This document shows, one piece after another, positions 31,710 through 41,369 of a stretch of 61,492 nucleotides of DNA. Every line of letters begins with the position of its first letter. The first letter of the stretch is position 1. The stretch is from positions 1 through 61,492 of the IMG/VR virus record IMGVR_UViG_3300028786_000001. One strand, 5' to 3'. The DNA comes from a virus. The translations under genes were made by a program, and so were the position numbers. The notes beneath the pieces are model-generated. The model was not told where the DNA came from and made no database searches. It saw nothing but the letters and a program-made list of their open reading frames with translations.

Positions 31710-32120
31710 CTAAGAAGCCATATCGTCGGCTTTGTTCGTAGCACTCTTCCCGCCTTTATTACCTGTCTTAGCAGGGACAGTTTTAACGGTAGCGGGCGTG
31801 GATTCGGGCGGTGTTTTGGTAGTTGTTGCTTCAACACCACCGGCACCAGGCGCAACTGCTTCTTCCTTAACTTTTTTGGTACGGGTGCGTTTCTCGATAG
31901 AAAAGTTAGTACCGATCTCGACAGGAGCGTCGATGATCTCTTTGCGACGAACTGCGTACACACCTACCAAGTGTTTAACAATATCATCGCCGCTCAATTC
32001 ACCTTCTTCAGCAGGCAATTCGAGATCGCGGATACCCTGGATCACCGGGTTAAAGAGATTAGCCAAGGCTTTTAATTTCTTCTTCTGTTCATCGTTGTTG
32101 AACAAATTTTCTACACTCAT
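31710..32120 (-). CDS. hypothetical protein with a Lys/Thr/Pro-rich tail (136 aa)
   Basis: ORF track. Chosen over the overlapping plus-strand ORFs because its orientation matches the operon. Confidence 0.5.
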   Translation of the reverse strand: MSVENLFNNDEQKKKLKALANLFNPVIQGIRDLELPAEEGELSGDDIVKHLVGVYAVRRKEIIDAPVEIGTNFSIEKRTRTKKVKEEAVAPGAGGVEATTTKTPPESTPATVKTVPAKTGNKGGKSATNKADDMAS

Positions 32121-32152
32121 TGTAAAATGGATTTTATTGTTTGTGAAATTGG

Positions 32153-32416
32153 TTACGAATTTGGATTGCCATTATCGTCTAAAGTAAGTAATACTATGGA
32201 AGGTATTTCAATGGCGTATACTTTTACAAATATTGGTTTGCCTTCATTTATCGCTTTCAGATCGTCTACATTCGGTTGCCATGCTACTATGAAAGAATAG
32301 TACCTATCTTTGTCAACTCCAAACCATGCAGGCGCACCATCTATAGCTTTACTGTCCGGAGTACCGGGATTTTTCTGTATCACTATATTTGCGCCTGGAA
32401 AGTTGACCGGTATCAT
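32153..32416 (-). CDS. hypothetical protein (87 aa)
   Basis: ORF track. Confidence 0.5.
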   Translation of the reverse strand: MIPVNFPGANIVIQKNPGTPDSKAIDGAPAWFGVDKDRYYSFIVAWQPNVDDLKAINEGKPIFVKVYAIEIPSIVLLTLDDNGNPNS

Positions 32417-32646
32417 TTAAAAACTGATGGTTGTTTTTGCGTTGCAGCATTAGATGCTATTAAAGATAGGTACATTGACTTAAGAACTATACAACCGATC
32501 TCTCCGATGATGCCTGATAGTAGTGTTCTCCAACCATAGTACCATCCTGTCCAAATCCATACGATGAAACCGGAAAGGATACATAAAGAGCATACGAAAA
32601 TAAATACATCCAAGATAATAAAAAATAATCCATTACTAGCTTTCAT
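32413..32646 (-). CDS. membrane protein (77 aa)
   Basis: Two or three hydrophobic helices; overlaps neighbours. Confidence 0.5.
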   Translation of the reverse strand: MKASNGLFFIILDVFIFVCSLCILSGFIVWIWTGWYYGWRTLLSGIIGEIGCIVLKSMYLSLIASNAATQKQPSVFK

Positions 32647-33394
32647 ATCTACTTTTTTGCGGATAGAGCGTTATAAATATTTCTTCGGTGAAGATAGTGA
32701 ATGCGGGATCGTTAGTTGAGAAATAAGGAAAGGAAATAGCACCATCCGAATATCTCACTTCGTCTCTTAATCCATCAATCAATTCCTGTTCCTTATTGAA
32801 CTTAATATCATCGCACTTATAACCTGAATGATGTTGTGCGTATAATGATTTCAACAGGTATCCGTATGGGGTTTTCCAGTCGATGACATTTTTACGATCT
32901 GCTGAATCACCGAATATCCGAAGGAATAAAACAGGGTCTATACACATCGGCGCATGTATATCGAAGTTCTTAGCATCTGAATGCGTAATACGTAATGTAT
33001 TACCGATGGTAGATTTGTACGGATCGAATTGATGACGATCTTTAAAACTTTCGTAGAGTGTAGACTTGTATGGATAAGGTGGATAAGGATTCCAATTTTG
33101 AAGTAAGAAATAATCATCATTAGCTAAGATGAATTCACGATCATTATTATACTTATCTATATAATACCGCACCTTTAAATATATATTCGATTCTCGATAT
33201 TTAGGATCAGGACTGTCTCTATAAGGTATAACGGTAACTCCATTTTTCAGAAGTTCCTTATTCAGCCATTCAGGATAGCCTCCAATTAAAACTAAATTAT
33301 CATGTGGTAAAAACTTTTCAAAGCTGCGAAGGGCATACCGTAGTTCACTATGGTTGTTGCCGCTTCCCATTAGCAATGGGATTACTAAGTCCAT
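32636..33394 (-). CDS. Stealth (CR2)-like hexose-phosphate/glycosyl transferase
   Basis: NNHSELRYALRSFEKFLPHDNLVLIGGYPEWLN resembles the Stealth CR2 block (ELRYSLRS...P.WL). Confidence 0.45.
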   Translation of the reverse strand: MDLVIPLLMGSGNNHSELRYALRSFEKFLPHDNLVLIGGYPEWLNKELLKNGVTVIPYRDSPDPKYRESNIYLKVRYYIDKYNNDREFILANDDYFLLQNWNPYPPYPYKSTLYESFKDRHQFDPYKSTIGNTLRITHSDAKNFDIHAPMCIDPVLFLRIFGDSADRKNVIDWKTPYGYLLKSLYAQHHSGYKCDDIKFNKEQELIDGLRDEVRYSDGAISFPYFSTNDPAFTIFTEEIFITLYPQKSRYES

Positions 33395-33527
33395 CTTTAG
33401 GGATTATTAATTGTTTGATATAGCCGCCGATAGATTGCCCTGGTGCTTTAAGATCGACAATCTTAAGTACAACCTGTTCCTCAATCCTTACTTGCCGATG
33501 TGTGCGGGGTTTAGCTTTCTTAGCCAT
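33348..33527 (-). CDS. small basic protein (59 aa)
   Basis: ORF track trimmed to the ATG at 33527 (MAKKAKPRTHRQVRI...); first gene of the leftward island. Confidence 0.35.
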   Translation of the reverse strand: MAKKAKPRTHRQVRIEEQVVLKIVDLKAPGQSIGGYIKQLIIPKDGLSNPIANGKRQQP

Positions 33528-33618
33528 TATCGATAAAAAATGATAGTATAATTCAAAAATCGACATAATTAACCACTTAAGCAAATTTATTTTACATTTG
33601 AGTTAAATATTAATCATC

Positions 33619-34206
33619 ATGGCTCACAGAATTCCAAGGCCCTATACGAAGCTCACCCTTCAACAGCGAATATTTGTAGAACATTACGTGACTTCCGGAC
33701 CGTATGCCAATGCTACGAAGTCGGCAGCGTACGCCAAATACAAAATGCCGCATATTTCTGGCAATGATCTATTAACCAGAAAACCGGTTATAGAGTTTAT
33801 CGATAAGATGCGCGAAGAGACAAGGATGCGTAACAACATCACCATCGACGATCTTATCAATGAATATGCTAAAATAGCGTTTGCTGATCCCAGGGAATTA
33901 TATGACGAAGATGGTAACTTACTGCCTATCCATAAACTTAACGATGTATTGGCTGGTGCGATATCCACTATAGAACAGGAAGAGATACGAATATTGGGTG
34001 AGAGCGTAGGGACATTGAAGAAGATCAAACGATATGATAAAATGACTGCGCTTAATGCCCTACGTGAAATGCTAGGTTTTAAATCTGCTGAAATGATCAT
34101 TCGCCGCGGTCCGGATGGTAGGATACTTGAAACGGAAGAGACAGTAAACCCGGATGAACATAAAGTGATATTCGAAGATAACACTGAAGATAAGGACGAA
34201 GATTAA
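33619..34206 (+). CDS. terminase small subunit
   Basis: LTLQQRIFVEHYVTSGPYANATKSAAYAKY is the Terminase_2-type N-terminus; a TACATTTG box lies at 33593-33600. Confidence 0.75.
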   Translation: MAHRIPRPYTKLTLQQRIFVEHYVTSGPYANATKSAAYAKYKMPHISGNDLLTRKPVIEFIDKMREETRMRNNITIDDLINEYAKIAFADPRELYDEDGNLLPIHKLNDVLAGAISTIEQEEIRILGESVGTLKKIKRYDKMTALNALREMLGFKSAEMIIRRGPDGRILETEETVNPDEHKVIFEDNTEDKDED

Positions 34207-34207
34207 T

Positions 34208-35572
34208 ATGGCGATCTGCAATTTTAGTAAAGTCTACAAACCTCTCTTTTTTGATCGAGGTCGGTACTATGATTTAATGGGTGGTCGTGGCCGTGGTGGT
34301 TCTTACCACGGCACCATGTATTTTCTCCATCTTATTACGCAAAAAGGATATTTCCGCGGTTGCTTTTTACGGCAAGTATTAAGCGATGTGCGCGGATCGC
34401 TATTCCAAGACTTTAAAGATCGGATAGAAGAAGTGGAAGAGCGGAACGGATCAGTCAAGTCTACCGACTTCGATATTAATGAATCATTAATGACTATATG
34501 CTATCGACCAACTGGCAATACGATCATATCGAAAGGCGTAATTAAATCTAATAGTCGAACAGCAAAATTAAAATCTATAGCAGGGGTTACGCACGTACTG
34601 ATAGAAGAAGCGGATGAAATAGGAAAGCCAGATTTTGATCAGTTAGATTTATCATTACGTACAATAAAAGTAAAAGGCGGAGTTAAGATATTACGTATCT
34701 ATAACCCGCCTTTTAAAATGCATTGGTTTTGGGATGACTATAACCTTAAGGAAGCAACGAAGGATGACTACTTAGGTTTTCCGGTGCCTGTAAAGGAGAA
34801 ATATTACAAGGCTATACCTAAATCAAATTCCCATTTAGTTGCAATCTATTCCACTTTCTTAGACAATATAAAAAACTTAGATGCAATAACCGTTCAAAAA
34901 CTTCTGCGATACTTAACAAAAGACCCGGAATACTTTTATACGGTTGTATTAGGTCTCGTTAGCGAAGGACAGAAGGGCAGGATTTTCAGCGGATGGCAAG
35001 CTATCACTAATAGTCAATTTGATGAAATAGATGCAAAGTCTTTATTTGCGTTAGACTTCGGTCTCGCATCACCGGCAGGACTAGTTGAAGTAAAGTTTGT
35101 AAAGAACAATATGTACGTTCGAGAGCTTAACTATGATCCCTTAACAAACTTAGAGATCGCTATTAAATTATGTACATTAGGCGTTAACGGTAGTCATTGC
35201 ATTGTCGCAGATAGCGCTGAACCGGATAGCATATCTAAGTTAAGACGAGGCTTCAATATGTCCGATCTTGAAGGGGTTAAGGCGACTATCATGGAAGGTG
35301 ATACGATAAAACCGATCTATAAACAATTATTGCAGGGGTTTAATATATACCCAGCTACAAAGGGGAAAGGATCGATCAAAGCAGGTATATCAACGGTGAA
35401 AGAAATGAATGTCTTTTATACGGAAGATAGTAAGAACTTGGCAACTGAATATAGAGAATATAAATGGGCGCTAGATAAAAATAAAGAGCCAACAGAAGAG
35501 CCTATAGACGATTATAATCACTTAATGGACCCTATCAGATATGCCAGGAAAGACAGGGATAAGTACTATTAA
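34208..35572 (+). CDS. terminase large subunit (PBSX/Terminase_3-like)
   Basis: Walker A-like GGRGRGGS, Walker B HVLIEEADE, C-terminal nuclease region with DDYNHLMDPIRY. Confidence 0.85.
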   Translation: MAICNFSKVYKPLFFDRGRYYDLMGGRGRGGSYHGTMYFLHLITQKGYFRGCFLRQVLSDVRGSLFQDFKDRIEEVEERNGSVKSTDFDINESLMTICYRPTGNTIISKGVIKSNSRTAKLKSIAGVTHVLIEEADEIGKPDFDQLDLSLRTIKVKGGVKILRIYNPPFKMHWFWDDYNLKEATKDDYLGFPVPVKEKYYKAIPKSNSHLVAIYSTFLDNIKNLDAITVQKLLRYLTKDPEYFYTVVLGLVSEGQKGRIFSGWQAITNSQFDEIDAKSLFALDFGLASPAGLVEVKFVKNNMYVRELNYDPLTNLEIAIKLCTLGVNGSHCIVADSAEPDSISKLRRGFNMSDLEGVKATIMEGDTIKPIYKQLLQGFNIYPATKGKGSIKAGISTVKEMNVFYTEDSKNLATEYREYKWALDKNKEPTEEPIDDYNHLMDPIRYARKDRDKYY

Positions 35573-35663
35573 AAACCACCTTACTAAGAATAGAAGGGGG
35601 TTGAAAGAAATGAAAGTAGATTTAATCTTACAGAAGGCGAAGATATAAATTATTTTTGGAGCT

Positions 35664-36044
35664 TTGAAAATAATTTATATCTTCACAGTTCTAACAAATT
35701 TTATTGGCATGTTCGGAATATGTAATAGGCTACGCAATATAGAGCGCAAACAAGATGCTATTTTGCAAAACCAAAGCGATATCATCGAACAACAGCACCT
35801 AATTTTAAAACTCATTTCAATCATGAACACTGCACTTCAGAATTTACAAAATGAAGTCGGAAATAATACCGACTTGCAGCAATCAGCTATTTCTTTGATC
35901 CAGGGCCTCGCGCAACAGATTAAGGATAATGCCGATGATCCTGTTGCTATTAAAGCGCTGGCTGATCAGATTCATAGTAACTCTGCTGCCTTGGCTGCTG
36001 CTATCGCAGCGAATACACCGGCCGCACCTCCTGCTAATTCATAA
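35664..36044 (+). CDS. hypothetical coiled-coil protein
   Basis: ORF track (TTG start; the alternative ATG is at 35709). Confidence 0.45.
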   Translation: MKIIYIFTVLTNFIGMFGICNRLRNIERKQDAILQNQSDIIEQQHLILKLISIMNTALQNLQNEVGNNTDLQQSAISLIQGLAQQIKDNADDPVAIKALADQIHSNSAALAAAIAANTPAAPPANS

Positions 36045-36045
36045 A

Positions 36046-36077
36046 AGCCGGACTAGTCAGGTTAGACTGGCTTTTTC
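36046..36077 (+). terminator. intrinsic terminator
   Basis: AGCCGGACTA-GTCAGGT-TAGACTGGCT (9 of 10 positions paired), then TTTTCGGGTTTTC. Confidence 0.5.
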
Positions 36078-36205
36078 GGGTTTTCTTTATAGGGTATGGA
36101 TTTTAAATTCCGTCCTTGGTTTTCACCAGGGACTTTTTTTATTTTCGCAGTTTCAGGGAAATAACTATATATTTGATATTATTTCCAATTTATTGTTATT
36201 TTTAC

Positions 36206-36463
36206 ATGGCTAAAGTCCTAAAAGAGAAATCGACAGAAGAGTCGATAGAACCTATAGCATCAGATGCACCTTTAACCCCGCACCGCTGTACGAATTGTGA
36301 GCGTCTCCTATTCAAAGGTAATGTAGGTGCAGATGGGAATGTACAGGTTAAGTGCGGACGATGCGGCACATTAAACATATTCAAAGTTCGTGAAGCTAGC
36401 GATCCTATGGCTACGGTTCAGGATAAAGTGTATAGGAACAGACAGAGAACTAGCGGAAAATAA
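36206..36463 (+). CDS. Mu Com-like zinc-ribbon protein
   Basis: RCTNCERLLFKGNVGADGNVQVKCGRCGTLNIF matches the Com pattern (CxxC..LLFK..xxKCxRCG..N). Start trimmed to the ATG at 36206. Confidence 0.6.
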   Translation: MAKVLKEKSTEESIEPIASDAPLTPHRCTNCERLLFKGNVGADGNVQVKCGRCGTLNIFKVREASDPMATVQDKVYRNRQRTSGK

Positions 36464-36490
36464 GCTATCTATTAAGAGCCCCATATCGAA

Positions 36491-36531
36491 GAGGCCAACA
36501 GTATTTAAAAACACTGTTGGCCTCTTTTTTA
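36491..36531 (+). terminator. strong intrinsic terminator
   Basis: 12-bp stem GAGGCCAACAGT/ACTGTTGGCCTC followed by TTTTTTATTTT. Confidence 0.8.
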
Positions 36532-36537
36532 TTTTAT

Positions 36538-37965
36538 ATGGCAAACAAACTATCGAAATTTATAGGCGGTGCAGCTAACGGATTGAAAAAATCTTTAGCG
36601 TTCGGCGATTACATCGATATCATTTCACCATCTATTTATAGAGGAGGTTCATTCAACGGTAATTTTTTCTTTGGTGGCAATGGAATAGATTACCGATTTG
36701 CTTATGAGAATCATAGAAGTGCTTTAGAAGCATACATGAACTGTCCGCCCCTGGCCGCGGTGATGAATCGGAAAGCTCAATGTTACATTAATGGTAAAAC
36801 AGAAATCCTTAATACACAAAAAAAGGAAGCTAATTCATTAGAGGCAAAACGCATAAAGGCACTTATGCGTAAGCCCAATCCCATACAAACGTGGAAACAG
36901 TTCGAGGCGCAACAATACATATACATTCAGCTTTTCGGTTTCTGTATTACGCTTCCTATTATGCCTGCCGGGTTTGAGGATATGGGGCCGATGTATGCAA
37001 CATCTTTATGGAATATACCACCTTACATGGTGGATATAACGGAGACGAATAAACTTTTCTTCCAAACAGATATAACAGGACTCATAGAATCGATCCGACT
37101 CAATTATAAAGGTCTTACATCAAATCTCCCGCTTAAGAATCTGTTTATCTTCAAAGATTTCACACCTGGATCGTATTCTATGCTGTTCCCGGATTCGCGT
37201 ATAAGAGCAATAGCGATGCCGATAAATAATACTATTGCATCCTACATGACGCGGCATGAATTGATCAATTATGCAGGTGCGCAAGGGCTGTTTTCATCCG
37301 ATGCAACTGATACTTCCGGCAGCATTCCTTTAAAGGAGGATGAAAAGAACCAGCTTCAGGAGGATATGAAGCGACAATACGGCATTCAACGCGGTCAATG
37401 GCGTCACATCATAGCACCTACTAAAATGAATTGGACGGCTATAGGCAAGCCGACGAAGGATTTGATGTTGTTCGAAGAAGTAACCGATGACATTATGCGT
37501 ATTTGCGATGCGCTTAACTATCCCTCCCCTTTACTTAATAGCGAGAAAGGCCCTAACGTATCGAATACCGCACAGTATCAAGCACAGATATACACTGATG
37601 GGGTTATCCCTGAATCGGAAGATTATTATGAGCAGTGGAACGAGTATTTTAAAACCGATGACTGTAATATAATCATACGAAAAAATTACAGTCACGTTCC
37701 GGCACTTCAGGAAAACAAAAAAGAACAAGGGCAAGCATCTTACTATCTGAATCAATCACTAATGCTGTTGTGGAATCAGGACTTAATAACGGCTAACGAA
37801 ATTCTTGAACAGAACGAAATAGATACTGTTTCGGGTTGGGATATTTACCGATCTGACTTTATTAAGCTAGGTAAAATACAACCCAATTTTAAACCGACTG
37901 ATCCGGCTGCATTAGATACCGGTGAAGAAGACCCAAAAAGTGAAGACGATGGAAAAGATAAATGA
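36538..37965 (+). CDS. portal protein
   Basis: Size (~475 aa) and position between terminase and prohead protease. Start trimmed to the ATG at 36538, downstream of the terminator. Confidence 0.65.
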   Translation: MANKLSKFIGGAANGLKKSLAFGDYIDIISPSIYRGGSFNGNFFFGGNGIDYRFAYENHRSALEAYMNCPPLAAVMNRKAQCYINGKTEILNTQKKEANSLEAKRIKALMRKPNPIQTWKQFEAQQYIYIQLFGFCITLPIMPAGFEDMGPMYATSLWNIPPYMVDITETNKLFFQTDITGLIESIRLNYKGLTSNLPLKNLFIFKDFTPGSYSMLFPDSRIRAIAMPINNTIASYMTRHELINYAGAQGLFSSDATDTSGSIPLKEDEKNQLQEDMKRQYGIQRGQWRHIIAPTKMNWTAIGKPTKDLMLFEEVTDDIMRICDALNYPSPLLNSEKGPNVSNTAQYQAQIYTDGVIPESEDYYEQWNEYFKTDDCNIIIRKNYSHVPALQENKKEQGQASYYLNQSLMLLWNQDLITANEILEQNEIDTVSGWDIYRSDFIKLGKIQPNFKPTDPAALDTGEEDPKSEDDGKDK

Positions 37966-38908
37966 CATAGTTAAACGTAAAGAAACGATCTATGCTGTAA
38001 AAAGTTGGTCGAACGGCACTATTATTAAAGACGTTGACGTATCTAAAAAGATAGTCACCGGCTTGTATAATACGTTTAACTATTTCGATAGTGATTATGA
38101 TGTTATTTTACCGGGCGCTTCACAGAAGTCTATCACTGAACGCGGTCCTAATAGTTCCGCGCCTGCAAAAATAAAGCATTTACTTTTCCATGACTGGACT
38201 AAGTTACCAGGAAAGATACAAGTGCTGGAAGAAAGAACCATAACGTATAACAATCAAAAGATCACGGGCATCTATTTCGAAACTAAAATGTCCGAAACAC
38301 AGGATGGTATCGATACTATTATTAAGTATCAGGATGAAGTGTACGATAACCATAGCATCGGTTTCCGATTCTTAGACGGAGAATGGCTGGATGAAGACAG
38401 TGAAAATTGGGATAAGATGATCGCCAATGTCATTAATCATGCTGACATAGTGAAGGCTGGCATGGCGTATTTCTGGAAAGAAATTATGCTGTATGAAGGG
38501 TCTACAGTTGCTTTCGGCGCTAACTCTTTAACTCCTGCATTAGGTGTTAAAAGTCAGAACAAAGATTTGTTGGCGATGAAAGTTAACGAACGTATTGAAA
38601 GACTGAGTAAACAATTAAGATCAGGGACCGTTTCGGATGAATCTATGCAACAATTCGAAATGGAAACCTTGCAGCTTAAACAAATTATAAGTGAGTTATT
38701 TTTGACCGGGCCGTCTGAACAAACCACCCGTAAAAGGGCCGGTACTAAGGACACTCAACAAATGATCACTTGCGATGGATGCGGGACGGATTTTGATTCT
38801 CAAAACATGGAGCCAAATGAAGAAGGGGCTTACGCGTGCCCTGACTGTAATGCACTTTCCATGCGGAAACAAAATTCTACCATTTTTTCTAATCTCCAAT
38901 TTATTTAA
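37949..38908 (+). CDS. HK97-family prohead serine protease with a C-terminal zinc ribbon
   Basis: TGLYNTFNYFDSDYDVILPGA..KHLLFHDW..GFRF pattern; CDGCG..CPDCN at the C-terminus. Confidence 0.65.
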   Translation: MEKINDIVKRKETIYAVKSWSNGTIIKDVDVSKKIVTGLYNTFNYFDSDYDVILPGASQKSITERGPNSSAPAKIKHLLFHDWTKLPGKIQVLEERTITYNNQKITGIYFETKMSETQDGIDTIIKYQDEVYDNHSIGFRFLDGEWLDEDSENWDKMIANVINHADIVKAGMAYFWKEIMLYEGSTVAFGANSLTPALGVKSQNKDLLAMKVNERIERLSKQLRSGTVSDESMQQFEMETLQLKQIISELFLTGPSEQTTRKRAGTKDTQQMITCDGCGTDFDSQNMEPNEEGAYACPDCNALSMRKQNSTIFSNLQFI

Positions 38909-38911
38909 ATC

Positions 38912-40204
38912 ATGAAATTCAAATTGAAAACAGACGGCCTGACGGGTGATCAATTAAAATTCGTCGAGGCATTAAATGTGAAGTTTGCGGATATGCCTGA
39001 AGCCGCAACTGCTGAAGACATTCAGACCGCTATCAATAGCGAGTTTAAAAAACAAACGGGCGATGATGGCATGTTTAAGGTAGCCATGAATGCGGCAATC
39101 AAGTCCGCAACAGACGCTATTTTGGATGACACCAAAGAGGGTACATTGGCCCACATCATCAAACGTCAGGGGGCGGAGATCGCGGCTCTACGGGAACAGG
39201 CTGCTCCTGCTACCAAGTCGCTTAAGGATGTTCTCGAAGCTGTAAAAGACGGTTTTTCCAACATCACAAAAGCGCGTACAGGTCATGCAGAGTTTCACCT
39301 GTCGTATGATAAGCATACAAAAGCTGCCGCTGTTACAGCGATCTCTACAGGCGGTTCGATCACCAACAGCATCACCACGGGTACGGCACTCCGTTTGGGC
39401 GATGGTCCTTTTTATGAGATCAAGCGTGGTACGCCTTTCATTCTCGATTTCGTGAATGTCGGGGAGACCAATCAGCCGTTCCTGATCTGGTGGGATGAAG
39501 CGCCGAAACAGGGTGATTTCGCCGTTACGCCTGAAGGCCAGATAAAGCCGATGGTACAATACGAATTCGTTCGTAAATCTTCCGATTATAAGAAGATCGC
39601 CGGGTATTTAGTATTGACGGATGAATTCATGAATGACATGCCGCAACTGGTGACAAACATTCGCCGGTTGGCCAACATCGATGTGATGAACGGGCTGAAC
39701 GCCCTGGTGCTGGCCGACATGATCGCCGCCCTGCCAACCTATACCTATGCCGGATTGAATGGCAGTATCTACCATGCTGATGACTACGCTGCTATCGGTG
39801 CCGCTATTACGCAAATCCAAAGTCTGTTCTTTCAGCCTACAGTACTGGTGCTGAACCCGGCTGATGCCTGGAAGATGAAACTGACTAAGGATGACGTGGG
39901 CCGGTATCAGATGCCTCCTTTTGCCTTTAATGGCAGTACCTTTGAATTCGGACAGGTCATCACTGATCCGCGTATCGCTGTAGGTCACTTCCTGGTAGGC
40001 GATGGTACTACCTATAATGTGGACTTCAAAGGCGGTCTGATCATTCGTATCGGATATAACGGTACGGACTTCGTACAGAACCAACAAACGCTGTTGGTCG
40101 AGCAATATTTCTATGACTACATTTCGTCCAATCGTTTAGGCGCATGGGTGTATGGAACGTTTGCCGTTATCAAAGGCGTTATCAACGATACAACTAACAG
40201 TTAA
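38912..40204 (+). CDS. major capsid protein (HK97 fold)
   Basis: Position after the protease, an N-terminal coiled delta-like region, and KKIAGYLVLTDEFMNDMPQLVTNIRRL, typical of HK97-type capsid proteins. Confidence 0.8.
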   Translation: MKFKLKTDGLTGDQLKFVEALNVKFADMPEAATAEDIQTAINSEFKKQTGDDGMFKVAMNAAIKSATDAILDDTKEGTLAHIIKRQGAEIAALREQAAPATKSLKDVLEAVKDGFSNITKARTGHAEFHLSYDKHTKAAAVTAISTGGSITNSITTGTALRLGDGPFYEIKRGTPFILDFVNVGETNQPFLIWWDEAPKQGDFAVTPEGQIKPMVQYEFVRKSSDYKKIAGYLVLTDEFMNDMPQLVTNIRRLANIDVMNGLNALVLADMIAALPTYTYAGLNGSIYHADDYAAIGAAITQIQSLFFQPTVLVLNPADAWKMKLTKDDVGRYQMPPFAFNGSTFEFGQVITDPRIAVGHFLVGDGTTYNVDFKGGLIIRIGYNGTDFVQNQQTLLVEQYFYDYISSNRLGAWVYGTFAVIKGVINDTTNS

Positions 40205-40249
40205 TAAACTGTTAGTTGTGTTATTAATTCATTGTAAAAATTAAAGCAT

Positions 40250-40447
40250 ATGCTGTTTCAGACAAAAGATCAAATAGCGATGGGTGAATCCGAATTGAAG
40301 GATTGCACTTTTCACAAGTTCAGTGACTTAACAAACATTGAAGGGACCGGTATTTATGAAGACATGCCGAAAGGCAAGCGTTACCGGGTTCATACTTTGG
40401 TTGCCAAAGTTCTGATCGAAAAAGGATACGCGAAAGCAGCAGTTTAA
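40250..40447 (+). CDS. hypothetical protein (65 aa)
   Basis: ORF track. Confidence 0.5.
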   Translation: MLFQTKDQIAMGESELKDCTFHKFSDLTNIEGTGIYEDMPKGKRYRVHTLVAKVLIEKGYAKAAV

Positions 40448-40466
40448 TCTATTAGCATCTACGTAT

Positions 40467-41369
40467 ATGTCGTTAATTGATAATCGATATTTTACCGGAA
40501 GTCTGACCATAGCACAATTAGGTCAACCTGCCGTTGTGGACAATTTAAATGTGTTCATACAACGGCAAGAACCTCTATTCCTACAAGCGGCATTAGGTTA
40601 TCAACTATGGAAAGATTTTGTGGCAGGGCTAAACGCACCTGTTATAGATCAGAAATGGTTAGATTTACGGGATGGTGTTGACTTCACTTCTAACGGTATG
40701 TGGCCTCCTTTTCAATGGCGTAATGGTTGGATGCAATATCATCGGGATTGGTTCATACCGATGAATCCGCTACGGGAAATGCATTGGGTAGGCTTTTGCG
40801 GTGGTACTCCTTTAGGCGGTAGCAATAATTCGAATGGCCCGATTAGGACGTTCATTGCCGGACAGCCGGGCGCTCCGGTGCCAGGACAAAGCGTTTTTAC
40901 AAATGCTGATCTAGCCGGATCACTATATACAATAGAACGGCGGGGGTTTGGGACGATGATAGAAGATGTAGACGTGGATATAAATAATAACAGTCAAACA
41001 ATTACCTTGCTTAAAGTAGGTGATAAGTTTGCCAATGGTGAAGTGTTTATATTCCATTTCATTAACATCCAGCCTACAGGATCACCAGCTACAGCCTATG
41101 CATCACCGTTAGCAGGTTATGTATACTACCAATGGTTTCGTGATCAAGCCGCTAATATCTCCGCTATGGGAGTTATAGAAGGGGAAAGTGAAAACAGTAA
41201 AGGAGCGGTGGGGATGACTAAAATGTCAGATGCTTTCAATCAAACGTCTAAGGATATGCTAGGCCTATGGCAGTTCATAGATATGAAAGGCGTAGACGTA
41301 TATCCTTCGTATGACCGGTTGAAAATTAATTACAACTTCTTTAAGCCTATAAATAAATTTGGTTTCTAA
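40467..41369 (+). CDS. virion structural protein (head-tail region)
   Basis: Position only. Confidence 0.4.
   Translation: MSLIDNRYFTGSLTIAQLGQPAVVDNLNVFIQRQEPLFLQAALGYQLWKDFVAGLNAPVIDQKWLDLRDGVDFTSNGMWPPFQWRNGWMQYHRDWFIPMNPLREMHWVGFCGGTPLGGSNNSNGPIRTFIAGQPGAPVPGQSVFTNADLAGSLYTIERRGFGTMIEDVDVDINNNSQTITLLKVGDKFANGEVFIFHFINIQPTGSPATAYASPLAGYVYYQWFRDQAANISAMGVIEGESENSKGAVGMTKMSDAFNQTSKDMLGLWQFIDMKGVDVYPSYDRLKINYNFFKPINKFGF

Noticed and set aside
31704-32187. Plus-strand ORFs 31704..32075 and 31732..32187, and minus-strand ORF 31652..31963
   Set aside because: These are alternative frames of the same low-complexity segment. Only 31710..32120 (minus) fits the orientation and spacing of the operon.
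39608-40105. Long antisense ORFs inside large genes (for example 39608..40105, 33684..34184, 45722..46006, 22794..23111)
   Set aside because: They overlap genes with clear motifs on the other strand and have low-complexity translations.
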